Assembly (NCBI RefSeq): GCF_964213995.1
Contig: NC_135812.1
Span: 70,494,001 to 70,558,000, forward strand
Direction: 5' to 3'
Length of the DNA stretch: 64,000 nucleotides
Source: Mustelus asterias
Taxonomy: Eukaryota
Part shown: positions 38,316 to 48,766 of the stretch, piece after piece
Layout of the letters: each line of letters begins with the position of its first letter
How positions within the stretch are numbered: position 1 is the first letter of the stretch
Position numbers and translations under genes: made by a program
The notes under the pieces: model-generated
Seen by the model: only the letters and a program-made list of their open reading frames with translations
Told to the model about the DNA's origin: nothing
Database searches by the model: none

Positions 38316-38869
38316 TGTTCATGAAAACATAGCCCACTTGCGCTGATATGTGCTTTGTAATGTGTGATGCTCAGCAGAGCAAGTGTTAACATGGGACTGG
38401 AGAGTGGCACCACCCATGGTGTGACGTATGTAGTCATCTGGTCAGAGACTAGAACAACACTCAGTAAGCAGCTAGCCTGCATGGTGGAGGCAATAGTATA
38501 CTTGAAATGGTAAATAGTTAAACCTACCAATTTGATGTTTATGTTTAAGCACACAAGCCTCATAATCTCATCAATAAAACACCACCACTGCAACATTAGG
38601 AACCTATACTACATATATATGATGGTGCTTACTCATATCTGAGTTGATGCTGGTCTTCATTGCCCTGATAGTTACGAGGAGGCTCACCCTCTTCTCTGAA
38701 CTTCACATTTCGAGATTGAAAGAAAGATCCAATCTTTGCTAAAACCTTCCTTGAAACATAGACATCAGTCAAAAAAGTCCATTTTCAACTTTCTAGCTCT
38801 TTAAATCTCTGAATGAAATGTTTTTTTTGAAGGCAAAATATATTCATCCTCTCTACACTCTCCTCACTC

Positions 38870-39000
38870 GCTGAAGGGTCATATGGACCCTAAACATTAA
38901 CTCTGTTTCTCTCTCCACAGATGCTGCCAGACCTGCTGAGTTTTTCCAGCATTTTCTGTTTTTATTTTGGATTTCTGGCAGCCACAATATTTTACTTGCA
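38870..39000 (+). mobile_element. Old Penelope-derived 3' terminal fragment with a degenerate hammerhead; related copies at ~7030-7145, 26605-26750, 58030-58100/58640-58680 and 63315-63385
   Basis: ctgaa-GGGTC-atatg-GACCC-taaac followed by ctctccacagatgctgccagacctgctgag. Confidence 0.55.
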
Positions 39001-40179
39001 CCATCGAGGCCAGTCTATTTTCAGGTATTACCCATACCATCCAGGGGGGTCTTCCTTGTAATGTTTTCCAAGTGTTTACCTTGCATTACCCCTTTTTTCC
39101 CAACACTCCTGTTTGTATCACACGTCCAAAATGGGTGCGCTTCCTTGATATCACGGCCTCGAATCAATTTCCTTTCAACACCAGCTTTCTGGAGGGCACT
39201 GGAGAAAGAGATGTATTATGAAACACAGTTTAATTATCCACCAAAATCCCAGGTTGATATTTGTCCTCTTCTCCACAGCCTGCACAACGAAGATCAGGAA
39301 CTCCCCTAAGGCAGGAATCGACTAAATGTACCTCTGCTAGGTCCACAACTTCCCAAACATTCACAGTGACTCCCTGCCTAATCAGGTTCAATAGTTAAAC
39401 TCAATTGCACAGGCTTTTGAGCCATATTACTAAAGTTCTGTCGACCTTGAAGTGACAGATGTTACTTGTTGCATCACAGTACACCTCAAGCAACCAAATG
39501 GGCCACTCAACACAAACATTGATATGAAATTCTCTTTTTAAGACACTCCTGCAGTGTGCATGGGAAGAATAGTAATTGCTCTGACAACTTTTGTACTAGA
39601 TTGACCCTTCCATGTAGTATTGGCTCATAAATCAAACAGCATTTCACCCTGAAAATAAAACAAAATATCTTAATTAAGAAATTAGTTGCTATGACGACAG
39701 ACTCGCTGTATTAATACATGCTCAAACAAGTGCTGTGCAAGCAAATAATGTAACCATCGTACTGTGAAACCTAATGCAAAACATTTTGATTAATAAAGGG
39801 AAACACAGGCCTTCACATTATAGCATAAGACAGTAACAGCTGAGTGCTTCAGCCGTTGGTCTGAAACTCTTCCTTCCCTTATTTTTGAAGAGGAGTTTTA
39901 TCTGGTTTGAAATAACTGGGCTAAAACTTTCACCAAAGGAAAGAGAAGAACTTTGAACAAAGTGATTAGCACGGTTCCATTATTCCCAAATCAAGTGTAA
40001 ACGCAATTTCCTGAAGTGGAATTATTCATATTTGTCAACCATATTTGATCTTAATTTTTTTTTTTACATAGCCACTTCTCAGTTTCCATTGCATCTGGTC
40101 AGCCTGTGACCCAACCGTTTTGGGAGTGTTTTCTCCTGAACTGGATGAATGGACTATAGAAGGAGCGAAGCCAATTACA

Positions 40180-40757
40180 GTCTGGATTGTTTCTTGCTCG
40201 CTATACAGACAAAGCATACCGTAGGGGCGGCATGGTTGTTGGCACTGCTGCCTCACAGTGCCAGGGACCTGGGTTCGATTCCCAGCTCGTGTCTGCGTGG
40301 GTTTCCTCTGGGTGCTCCGGTTTCCTCCCACAGTCCAAAGATGTGCGGGTTAGGTGGATTGGCCATGCTAAATTGCCCTTCATGTCAGGGGGACTAGCTA
40401 AGGCAAATGCATGGGGTTATGGAGATAGGGCCTAGGTTGGGATTGTGGTCGGTGCAGTCTTGATAGGCTGAATGGCCTCCTTCTGCACTGTAGGGATTCC
40501 ATGATTCTATGATTCATAGTGAAGGAAAGGAGAAGGTGCAGAATGTAGTGTTACAGTCACAGCTAGGGTGTAGAGAAAGATCAACTTAATACGAGATGGA
40601 TCCATTCTTTTATCCATTCAAATGTCTGATGGCAGCAGGGAAGAAGCTGTTCTTGAGTCAGTTTGGTACGTGATCTCAGACTTTTGTATCTTTTTCCCGA
40701 TGGAAGCAGGTGGAAGAGAGAATGTCCAGGGTGTGTGGGGTCCTTGATTATGCTGCA
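40180..40757 (-). mobile_element. Rex1/Babar-like LINE 3' end interrupted by a V-SINE
   Basis: IIKDPTHPGHSLFHLLPSGKRYKSLRSRT in ORF 40581-40790. Confidence 0.82.
40224..40512 (+). mobile_element. HE1-type V-SINE with CR1-like tail
   Basis: ggttcgattcc B-box, V-core, tail. Confidence 0.9.
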
Positions 40758-41579
40758 TGACAATTTCACCAACATTGCAACAAAAAGCACGGTCCATCAT
40801 GTCTGACTTGTGTTCATAGAATGAGCTCAATACAGCAAAGAAGTTAGAAGGCTTTGACATTAACTGATAAATTATTAAGCAGGATTAATATTACAATCTC
40901 CGAGATGAATATGCGCAGAGTAATCAAATACCCCATGGACATTATTGACATGTATTAGGCCTATTGTAATGGTCTGCCTAAGGGCAAGTCTTCTGTTCGT
41001 TAATCCACGTCTTGCACTGTTGTACTTTTTCTTTGCAGTTGACTGTAAGAGCCTCTGATTTTCAATTCCAATAAGCACAGCTAGAGCAATGACTGATATG
41101 ACGGGAGAAAATAATATGAGGTGGTTTCCTCGTGCGTTTAAATAGAACACAATTCCTCTTCCCCAAGATCGCCTGCCAGTAAGCAGCCACGAGGTCCGAA
41201 CTCTTCCTTCCTCACCACTAAACATTCACTGATCCCACCATTGGCCATGGCTTATAACACAGAGCATGCGACCTTTAGCAGGACCTGAGGTGACTCCCAA
41301 AAAGGCAGAGATCACCACCACCTGAGGCCTGCAACCCTGCCATCATTTATTCCATTCAAAAACAATGGATGATCTGGCTAAATTGAGGTGTCGAATTTGG
41401 TTATCTTGCAGAAGTATGTAGCTATCATTAATTATTAACTGAATAAGTAATAAAAAGCTGCCCATCATCTTCCTCCTCCTCCCAGTTAATTCCAACACCC
41501 ACTATATAGAGCACTGGAAATTTGCAAAGAGCCCAAGAAGCCACAACCCAACATAAGCTGGCTGACACAGAAGTGGATT

Positions 41580-41965
41580 ATTTTTATTCATTCATGGGAT
41601 GTGGGCATCACTGGCTAGGCCAGCATATGTTGCCCATCCTTAGGAGAAGATGGTGGTTAGCCATCTTTTTGAACCACTGCAGTCAATGTGTTGTAGAAAC
41701 TCCGTAAGAAGTCTCACAACACCAGGTTAAAGTCCAACAGGTTTATTTGGTAGCAAATACCATTAGCTTTCGGAGCACTGCTCCTTCGTCAGATAGAGTG
41801 GAAATGTGCGGAAACTTCCACAGTGCTGTTAGGGAAGGAGTTCCAGGATTTTGACCGAGTGAAGGAATGGTATTTCCAAGTCAGGGTGAGGAGTGGCTTG
41901 GAGGAGAACTTACAGTTGATGGTGTTCCTTTGCATCTGATGCAGATGGTGGTGTTCCTATGCATC
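41580..41965 (-). mobile_element. CR1-group LINE 3' end (family of 35893-36640) hosting a PLE fragment
   Basis: tattcattcatgggatgtgggc...gttccaggattttgacc. Confidence 0.75.
41704..41810 (-). mobile_element. Penelope-like terminal fragment (~105 bp) containing the hammerhead motif
   Basis: gtaagaagtctcacaacaccagg...agctttcggagcactgctccttcgtcag matches 2385-2484. Confidence 0.88.
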
Positions 41966-42679
41966 TGGGAATGTTAGTTGTCTATTGCATCAGTACATTG
42001 ATTAATACATTGTGAATACACAACAGGACTGAAGTGGAAAATCTACAATGACAATGCAAAATAATGATGGTAATAATAATAATGGATGGAAGTGCCACAT
42101 TTTTGGGATGCGTATTAATGTCTTGTCTGTACAGATAAATATTAAAATGTCCAGCAGTTTTTGCAGGAAATTCTCCTGATTTCCCTCATTCAGCAAATAT
42201 GATGAGAAATAAATACTTGGCCACTCATCCTATATTGTATCTGAGTATTACTAGAGTACAAAAACGGCTGTGTTTGCTTACAAATGACTATGTTTGAGAG
42301 TAATTCATTGCGTGAAACACTTTGAGACATTTTCATGGCGTAAGGTGTAAGATAAACTCAAACATTGCAATAAAAGCAGGAGAAGCAATCTCTATTCCTC
42401 ATCTAATATACTTCCAGCAACAGAAAAAAAAAATTAAGAAATGTGGGACCAACTCCAAAGCTATTTTAATAAACTTACTTATTCTAAACAAAATGTATTT
42501 TTTTATTGGCTGGGGAAATATTTTTCCAATGAGCTTGAACTGGGTGACAGGTTTCTGGAAATTATTCTGGCTAACGGATAAAAACAGGCACTAACGAGTT
42601 TATAAAAAGACACAGTTATTTGTAAGTCTGGATTTGGCACACAATTTTGGCCCTAATTGCTGATTACTATTATTTAATT

Positions 42680-43017
42680 TATTTATTCATTTGTGGGACA
42701 TGGGCATCGCTGGCTGGGCCAGCATTTATTGCCCATCCCTAGTTGCCCTTGGAGGGCAGTTGAGAGTCACATGTAGGCCAGACCAGGTAATGACAGCTGA
42801 TTTCCTTCCCTAAAGGACATTAGTGAACCAAATGGGTTTTTATGACAATTGACAATGGTTTCATAGTCATCAGTAGATTCTTATTTCCAGATTTTTTTTC
42901 TATTGAATTCAAATTCCACTGTCTGCCGTGGCGGAATTCGAATTTGGGTCTCCAGATCATTAGCTGAGTTTCTGGATTAATAGTCTAGCAATAATACCAC
43001 TGAGCCATCACCTCCCC
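42680..43017 (-). mobile_element. tRNA-derived Deu-domain SINE (SacSINE1-like)
   Basis: Head gggaggtgatggctcagtgg...ttcgaattcc; Deu-like ggttcactaatgtcctttagggaaggaaa...ctggtctggcctacatgtgactc; tail shared with the CR1-group LINE. Confidence 0.75.
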
Positions 43018-43097
43018 TATTTGAACTTACTTGATGGTGCCAAAGCATAAACCTACAGGTTTAGCGCTCAAGCACTGATTAGATGCTATTTTTGTGT

Positions 43098-43151
43098 GCG
43101 AGCTTGCGTGTGTGCGTGCGTGCGTGCATGCGTGTGTGTGCATGTGTGTGT
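43098..43151. repeat. (TG/CG)n microsatellite
   Basis: gcgtgtgtgcgtgcgtgcgtgcatgcgtgtgtgtgcatgtgtgtg. Confidence 0.85.
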
Positions 43152-43466
43152 ACCCCTCACACCCACTTCCACTGAAGACGTGGCATCTACTAACTGATGC
43201 ACAACAGCTTGGTGCAAGATAGCTCAAAGACTGACAGAGATGGCACACAGATCCTGGGACAGGAGGTCCAGAGGACGAGAGCCATAGGGGATCAGGAGGA
43301 CACCTTACTCTCCTCTCCTCCTCATCCTCCATTCCCTCTCTCCAGCAGCATCTGATACTATTCTGCCTGATTTCACATCCCTTCACATTCCTTGTCCAGA
43401 CATCAGGGATACCTAGCAAGATGGCTAAGACCAAGCTCCCCCTTTCTGCTCGTGACTTTCTGCTAG

Positions 43467-43770
43467 GGGGACGACACAGTGCCACTGCAGCCTCACAACA
43501 ACAGTGACCCGGGTTCAATTCTGGCCTCGGATGACTGTCTGTGTGGAGTTCATTCGTTCTCCCAGTGTCTGCATGGGTTTCCTTCGGGTGCTCCAGTTTT
43601 CTCCCACACTCCAAAGATGTGTGGTTTAAGTTGATTGGCCATGCTAAATTGCCCATTAGTATCAGGGGGATTAACTGGGTAAATATGTGGGGTTATGGGT
43701 GGGATTGTTGTCAGTTCAGGATTGATGGGCTGAATGGCCTCATTCTGCATTGTAGGGATTCTATGATACT
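43467..43770 (+). mobile_element. HE1-type V-SINE with CR1-like tail
   Basis: V-core and tail present. Confidence 0.85.
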
Positions 43771-44856
43771 GTGACTTATATAAGGTGCAATAGCACAGCC
43801 CCTATTCTTTACTTAGGTGAAGTCTTCAAAAGATTTGTGGAATAATATTGTCCAAGTGTTGCTGAAGTCCTGGACAGTTCCCAACGAGTTTCTGAGATTC
43901 TCTTCACAGCTGCAGAGACAAGTGAACAAGAATTGATGAGTACCCCTTTAAGTCGCACTTGTAATTCACACCAACACCTTGTTTATTCCCGGATAGCTGA
44001 GGTCGGATTCTCATACATTGAATCGGGCTGGCATAGAGGTGGGCGGTCAAAAGGTATGGCACTGGTAGAGCATCGATGAACCAACTCTGACAACAGTTGT
44101 GAGGGTGGGGAGGAGGGGAGAACAGGAAAGTGAAGTCAACCACCTGGATAATTGGGCACATTTAAATAATTAAGTCACTCATTAAGAACTCACCTTCTAA
44201 CGTCCCAATATGTTTTAGGGCTGCTGACCTTTCTGAGCGGAAGAGCTCCAACCTGTCAGGGAACAGTTTTGACAGCATATCAATAGGTCTTGTGCGGTCT
44301 TAAAAAGTGCAAGTTTTGATGAAAATCTATTGTGCAGCATTGAAATTTTTTAAAATCCTGACATTACCCCACCCTGTCCCAATTCCAATTCTCCATTTGC
44401 CCTGATCAATTGGAAGATGCAGATTCTTCCCTTAATGAATGCTGGCAGGCACTTTAAGTGGCTATCAGCCCTTTCATGAGCCTCCGGGTGATTATTCTCA
44501 CAGGCTTCACCTATTTTATGAAGACAGCGCTAAATTTGGGAAATTGGCATTGGTTCCCAAGTCTCCATCCAGCCACCTCAAAGGCTACTTAGGACCTGAA
44601 TGCACTGCCAGTATTTGCCCCCATTGTCATCTTCATCTTCAATTTGAAATTCTCATTTTACGCCAAAGATTACTGTTCCTAATATTAAAGGACAGATACC
44701 AAGCCACTTACATGGCATTTCTCTATCCGTTATCATAGCAGGCATATCAATGTGTTAAAAATAAATGACACTTGCTTTAACCTGGCTGAGATTGGGATGT
44801 CACACGGAAGGATTGAGCATAGGCTAACATAATTTCTATACCTGTAGCTGTCCCGA

Positions 44857-45163
44857 TTATAGAATCCCTACAGTGAAGAAGGAGGACATTCAGCACATTG
44901 AGCCTGCACTGACAACAATTCTACCGAAACCACAACCCCGTAACCCTACGTATTTATCCTGACAATAAGGGTCAATTTAGCATGGTCAATCAACCTAACC
45001 TGCACATCTTTGGAGTGTGGGAGGAAACCAGAACACCCAAAGGAAACCCACACAAGTATGAGGAGAATGTGCAAACTCCATACAGTCACACAAGGCCAGA
45101 ATTGAACCCGGATCCCTCGTGCTGTGTGGCAGCAGTGTTAACCACTGTGCCACCATGCCGCCC
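44857..45163 (-). mobile_element. HE1-type V-SINE with CR1-like tail, diverged
   Basis: Head, V-core and tail present. Confidence 0.85.
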
Positions 45164-45902
45164 AATTCTTGCCAGCTATTTCACCATTTGACTAACAGTG
45201 ACCAAGCTGGTGTGAATGAACTCGGGTTTGCATTGCCAATCATTGCAGAAAGGTGGAGAAATCTGAGAGGGCGCAGGAACAAATTGTGCCCTAACTATTA
45301 GAAGGAACTAATTCAGCAGAGCAAAGAAAAAAAATGGACGGATGATGGATGAAGGGGAAGAAATTACTTGACAACGTGAGATTGATTTCAAAGATCCACC
45401 GTTCATAAACTAATTGGAGGCCTAAATATTCCCAATCCTTCCTTCCTTGATCTCCACTTACGTATTACTCATGGGAATTTTACAACTCCTGGAACTTCAG
45501 CTCTCAATTACACCTGAGTCTGTGCTTGAAGGTAACGAGAGAAGGGATGGTACCTTGGAATGTTTCTTCTCAATTATATTATTTCTGACTAAAACTATTT
45601 TCTGAAATTCTAACTGGTCAACAACTAGCTGAATGAGCTTGGAGTGAGTACTAAATTCAAACTGGTTCAAAAGTGTGTTCTGTTTCAAATTGTTTTGTTA
45701 TTTTGGTGTATCCCTGCTTATACAAAATGGTGCCGTAGAGGCACAGAGGGATACTTGGATACTCGCTTCATATGGACATTCTTTTATGGGTAATTCTCCA
45801 ATGTGACCAGCAGTATTAAAACTAATTAATTTATTACTAATTAATTAATTTATAAGTTCTATGTTATGTTGCTTCATCGATAGAAACTAACTTCAAGGAC
45901 CC

Positions 45903-46050
45903 TAGAATCATAGAATCATTATCATTGAATCCCTACAGTGCAGAAGGAGGCAATTCAGCCCATTAAGGCTGCACCGACTCTCCGAAAGAGCACCTTACCC
46001 AGGCCCCACTCTATCCGTAACCCCGCACATTTACCATGGTTAATCCGCCA
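45903..46050 (-). mobile_element. SINE 3' tail fragment
   Basis: atcatagaatc...ccctacagtgcagaaggaggc. Confidence 0.75.
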
Positions 46051-46949
46051 TTTAGTTGCAAACTGCTATTGGAGACAATAGGATAAAAACAAAGCCTGAG
46101 TCAGGACATTAGGCAGAGAATTCATTTTTTAAAAATTTTGCCTTGCTCTTGAAGTATGACCATGGATTGATCTGCAAAATCCTTGCTATTCCTTGCCGTT
46201 ATTCATTGTTACTTGCTCTTGTTGTGGAGTGAACTGACCTCTTCAAAAGTGAATTATCTGTTTGAAGAAGGTTTTCTCTCATTGCGGACTCGACAAATCA
46301 TTTTAATTGTTATTTAAGACTCAGTTGGTGCTCACTTTTCAGCTGTTGGCCAGATAACAGACACAGTTACATTATGTAACCTTCACACTGTAGCAGGTAG
46401 AAGCGACAGGTAGCTTGGTTTTAACATTGGGAAGTTAGTCCACATCGCGGCTGCATTTCACAAGAGGGATAAAAACAGTCTGTTAATCCTTAACTGATAT
46501 TATTTTTTTCTCTTCCAAATCTGCATCCTTAACTGTTGCTTTCCAGGTCTTTTTTTTTCTCTCTGAAAGCATTTCTCAGTAATTTACAGCACCCGAAAAA
46601 GCGTGCTATTACCTAATGTTCTATTCACAAGACTCAGGGGACCTGCTTGTTTCTTAGCAACCAGCGTGATCTACAGATTCATTTACGTGTTAGTGATGTT
46701 TTTACTTCACCACTCTTATCGTCTCTGCAAACACATTTGGAAAATAAAACTCCAAAGATCTACAAAGTGAATTAAATCTGGGGTGCAAGGAAAATGGTTC
46801 CCCCTTCTTATTGGCTAAAAATGTGCCCCATCACTTATTTGATTTCAAATCTAGCAAAGTGGAAATCAATGTTCACACACGGTTGTGTTTAACCATTCGG
46901 GTGGCAGCGTCTGCTGAAGTTGCATCATCCTGTCACACTGGCATTTCTG

Positions 46950-47355
46950 GTGGCGGCATGGTGGCACAGTGGTTAGCACTGCTGCTTCACAGAGCAGGGA
47001 CCCTGGTTTGATTCTTGGCTTGGGTCACTGTCTGTGTGGAGCCTGCACGTTCTCCCCGTGTCTGCATGGGTTTCCTCTGGGTGTTTCAGTTTCCTCCCAC
47101 AGTCCGGAAGACGTGCTGGTTAGGTACATTGACGTGCTAAATTCTCCCCGTGTCTGCGTGGGTTTCCTCTGGGTGTTCCAGTTTCCTCCCACAGTCCGGA
47201 AGACGTGCTGGTTAGGTACATTGGCCATGCTAAATTCTCCCTCAGTGTACCCAAACAGGTGTCGGAGTGTGGCGACTAGGGGATTTTCACAGTAACTTCA
47301 TTGCAGTGTTAATGTAAGCCTACTTGCGACACTAATAATAAATAAAGTTAAACTT
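46950..47355 (+). mobile_element. HE1-type V-SINE with type-b tail and internal tandem duplication of the V-core
   Basis: 47051-47142 repeated from 47143. Confidence 0.9.
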
Positions 47356-47657
47356 AAGCTTTAATGCTTCAGGCCTTTGTTTAACTTCATCAAAAGGGGA
47401 TACATTCCTCCCTTAGTCCTGTCCTGTTGCTACCTCCCAGAAAAAGACCCCCAGCAAAATGTTCCCCTCCTCTCTGGAAAATGCTGTCTCCCGCTGGGAT
47501 GCAGTTTCACTTGTATCAATAGTTCTCCACTGTCTACCCCATCCCAGGACATTCTTAGCACTTGAGCCCAGGTGATGTGTGTCGGCTGGCTACCTGACTG
47601 TGGTAGGCAGCACGGCTGAGCATCGCCTTGACCTCACCAATGATCTGCACACACATA

Positions 47658-47766
47658 GGCCGGAATTCTCCAGCCATTCACGTTCCACACCGCTGCCAGT
47701 GAGGATGGAGAATTTGGTGCTCAACCAAAGAATCCCGTTAGCACGAATGGCCGGAGAACCCCGCCC
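47658..47766. mobile_element. Harbinger-like MITE, family A
   Basis: TIR ggccggaattctcc / ggagaaccccgccc; ATA TSD at 47655-47657 and 47767-47769. Confidence 0.78.
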
Positions 47767-47774
47767 ATATCTTT

Positions 47775-47945
47775 CTCCAGGGGTCACTGCTTCGTAATGA
47801 ATGGTAACAAGAAGGGGAATATTGATTTGTTGTTCTCCCATTTCCTTGCCCGAACCCATACCTAACAACTTCACAGCAACGAGGCTGAGATCAGCTAACA
47901 CAACACAAACCAGTGATCAAATAGGACTTGTGTGGCTCAGTGCTG
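47775..47945 (-). mobile_element. Ancient LF-SINE-like fragment
   Basis: ggctgagatcagctaacacaacacaaaccagtgatcaaa resembles the reverse complement of the LF-SINE 5' region as recalled, not aligned. Confidence 0.4.
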
Positions 47946-48404
47946 CAGTGATGATGTTGAGTTTATCCATTGAACCTGATGCTGATACTAAACACCAAAG
48001 TCTCACTCGACCTTGACCTTATATTCTGTTAAATATCCAAGTGTGTATAAGATGTCGAAAAATGTGTATTGTTGTAATGCATTCCATGAAGTAATTTAGA
48101 AATGTTACTTTCAAAGATCACATTTTAAATTTGAGTCACTGCCCTCTTCATGATTATCTACAAATTACAAGATATTTTCACAGTTACATAGATATCATAA
48201 TATAAAGAAGCGAGTTATTCAGCCCAATGATGGTGTTTATTTTCCATGTGAGCAGTATCCTAATCTCATATTGCCACCTTGTCTCTGCTTTCTAATATAC
48301 TTTTAAATGTAGGGGATAACAGGCAGAATTTAGCATCTCCCTAGGGTGAATTTGGAGGCAGAGGGCATTTGATGTAGCAAAATGGTATAAAGTGGAGTCC
48401 CTAC

Positions 48405-48701
48405 TGATGCGCGATTAAATCACTCGGGAGGCTAGATTGTACCCGGGAAATAAAGGCTTTTATTACTGACAAGAATGGAGCACACTATATACAATACAAT
48501 CCCAGACTAAAGGGTCACCAGGCAGTGCAGTGACCTTTATACTTCCCCTGGTAGGCGGAGCCAACTGGAGTGTACCACAGAACAATATCAACAGGTAGAA
48601 CAGCCCAACCCTAACACCAACAGTAACATATCTACAAACCCCATAGTGCTGACCATCCATGGCTCAGCACTCATAGTGGTAACCAACTATGGTTCACCAC
48701 A
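48405..48701 (-). repeat. 3' LTR
   Basis: Direct repeat of 52793-53089; AATAAA (minus strand) at 48459-48464. Confidence 0.97.
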
Positions 48702-48715
48702 TTCACCCCTCCTTT
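48702..48715 (-). other. Polypurine tract
   Basis: AAAGGAGGGGTGAA immediately upstream of the 3' LTR. Confidence 0.9.
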
Positions 48716-48766
48716 AAAAACAGAGGCTGGTGGGGCAAAAGAAACCCAGAATAACTGTTCATATAA

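Noticed and set aside
43027-43656. 209-aa ORF as a host gene
   Set aside because: Runs through an antisense SINE, low-complexity sequence and a microsatellite
48463-48660. Identical 65-aa ORF in both LTRs as an env-like or accessory gene
   Set aside because: Short, no motif; identity simply reflects LTR duplication
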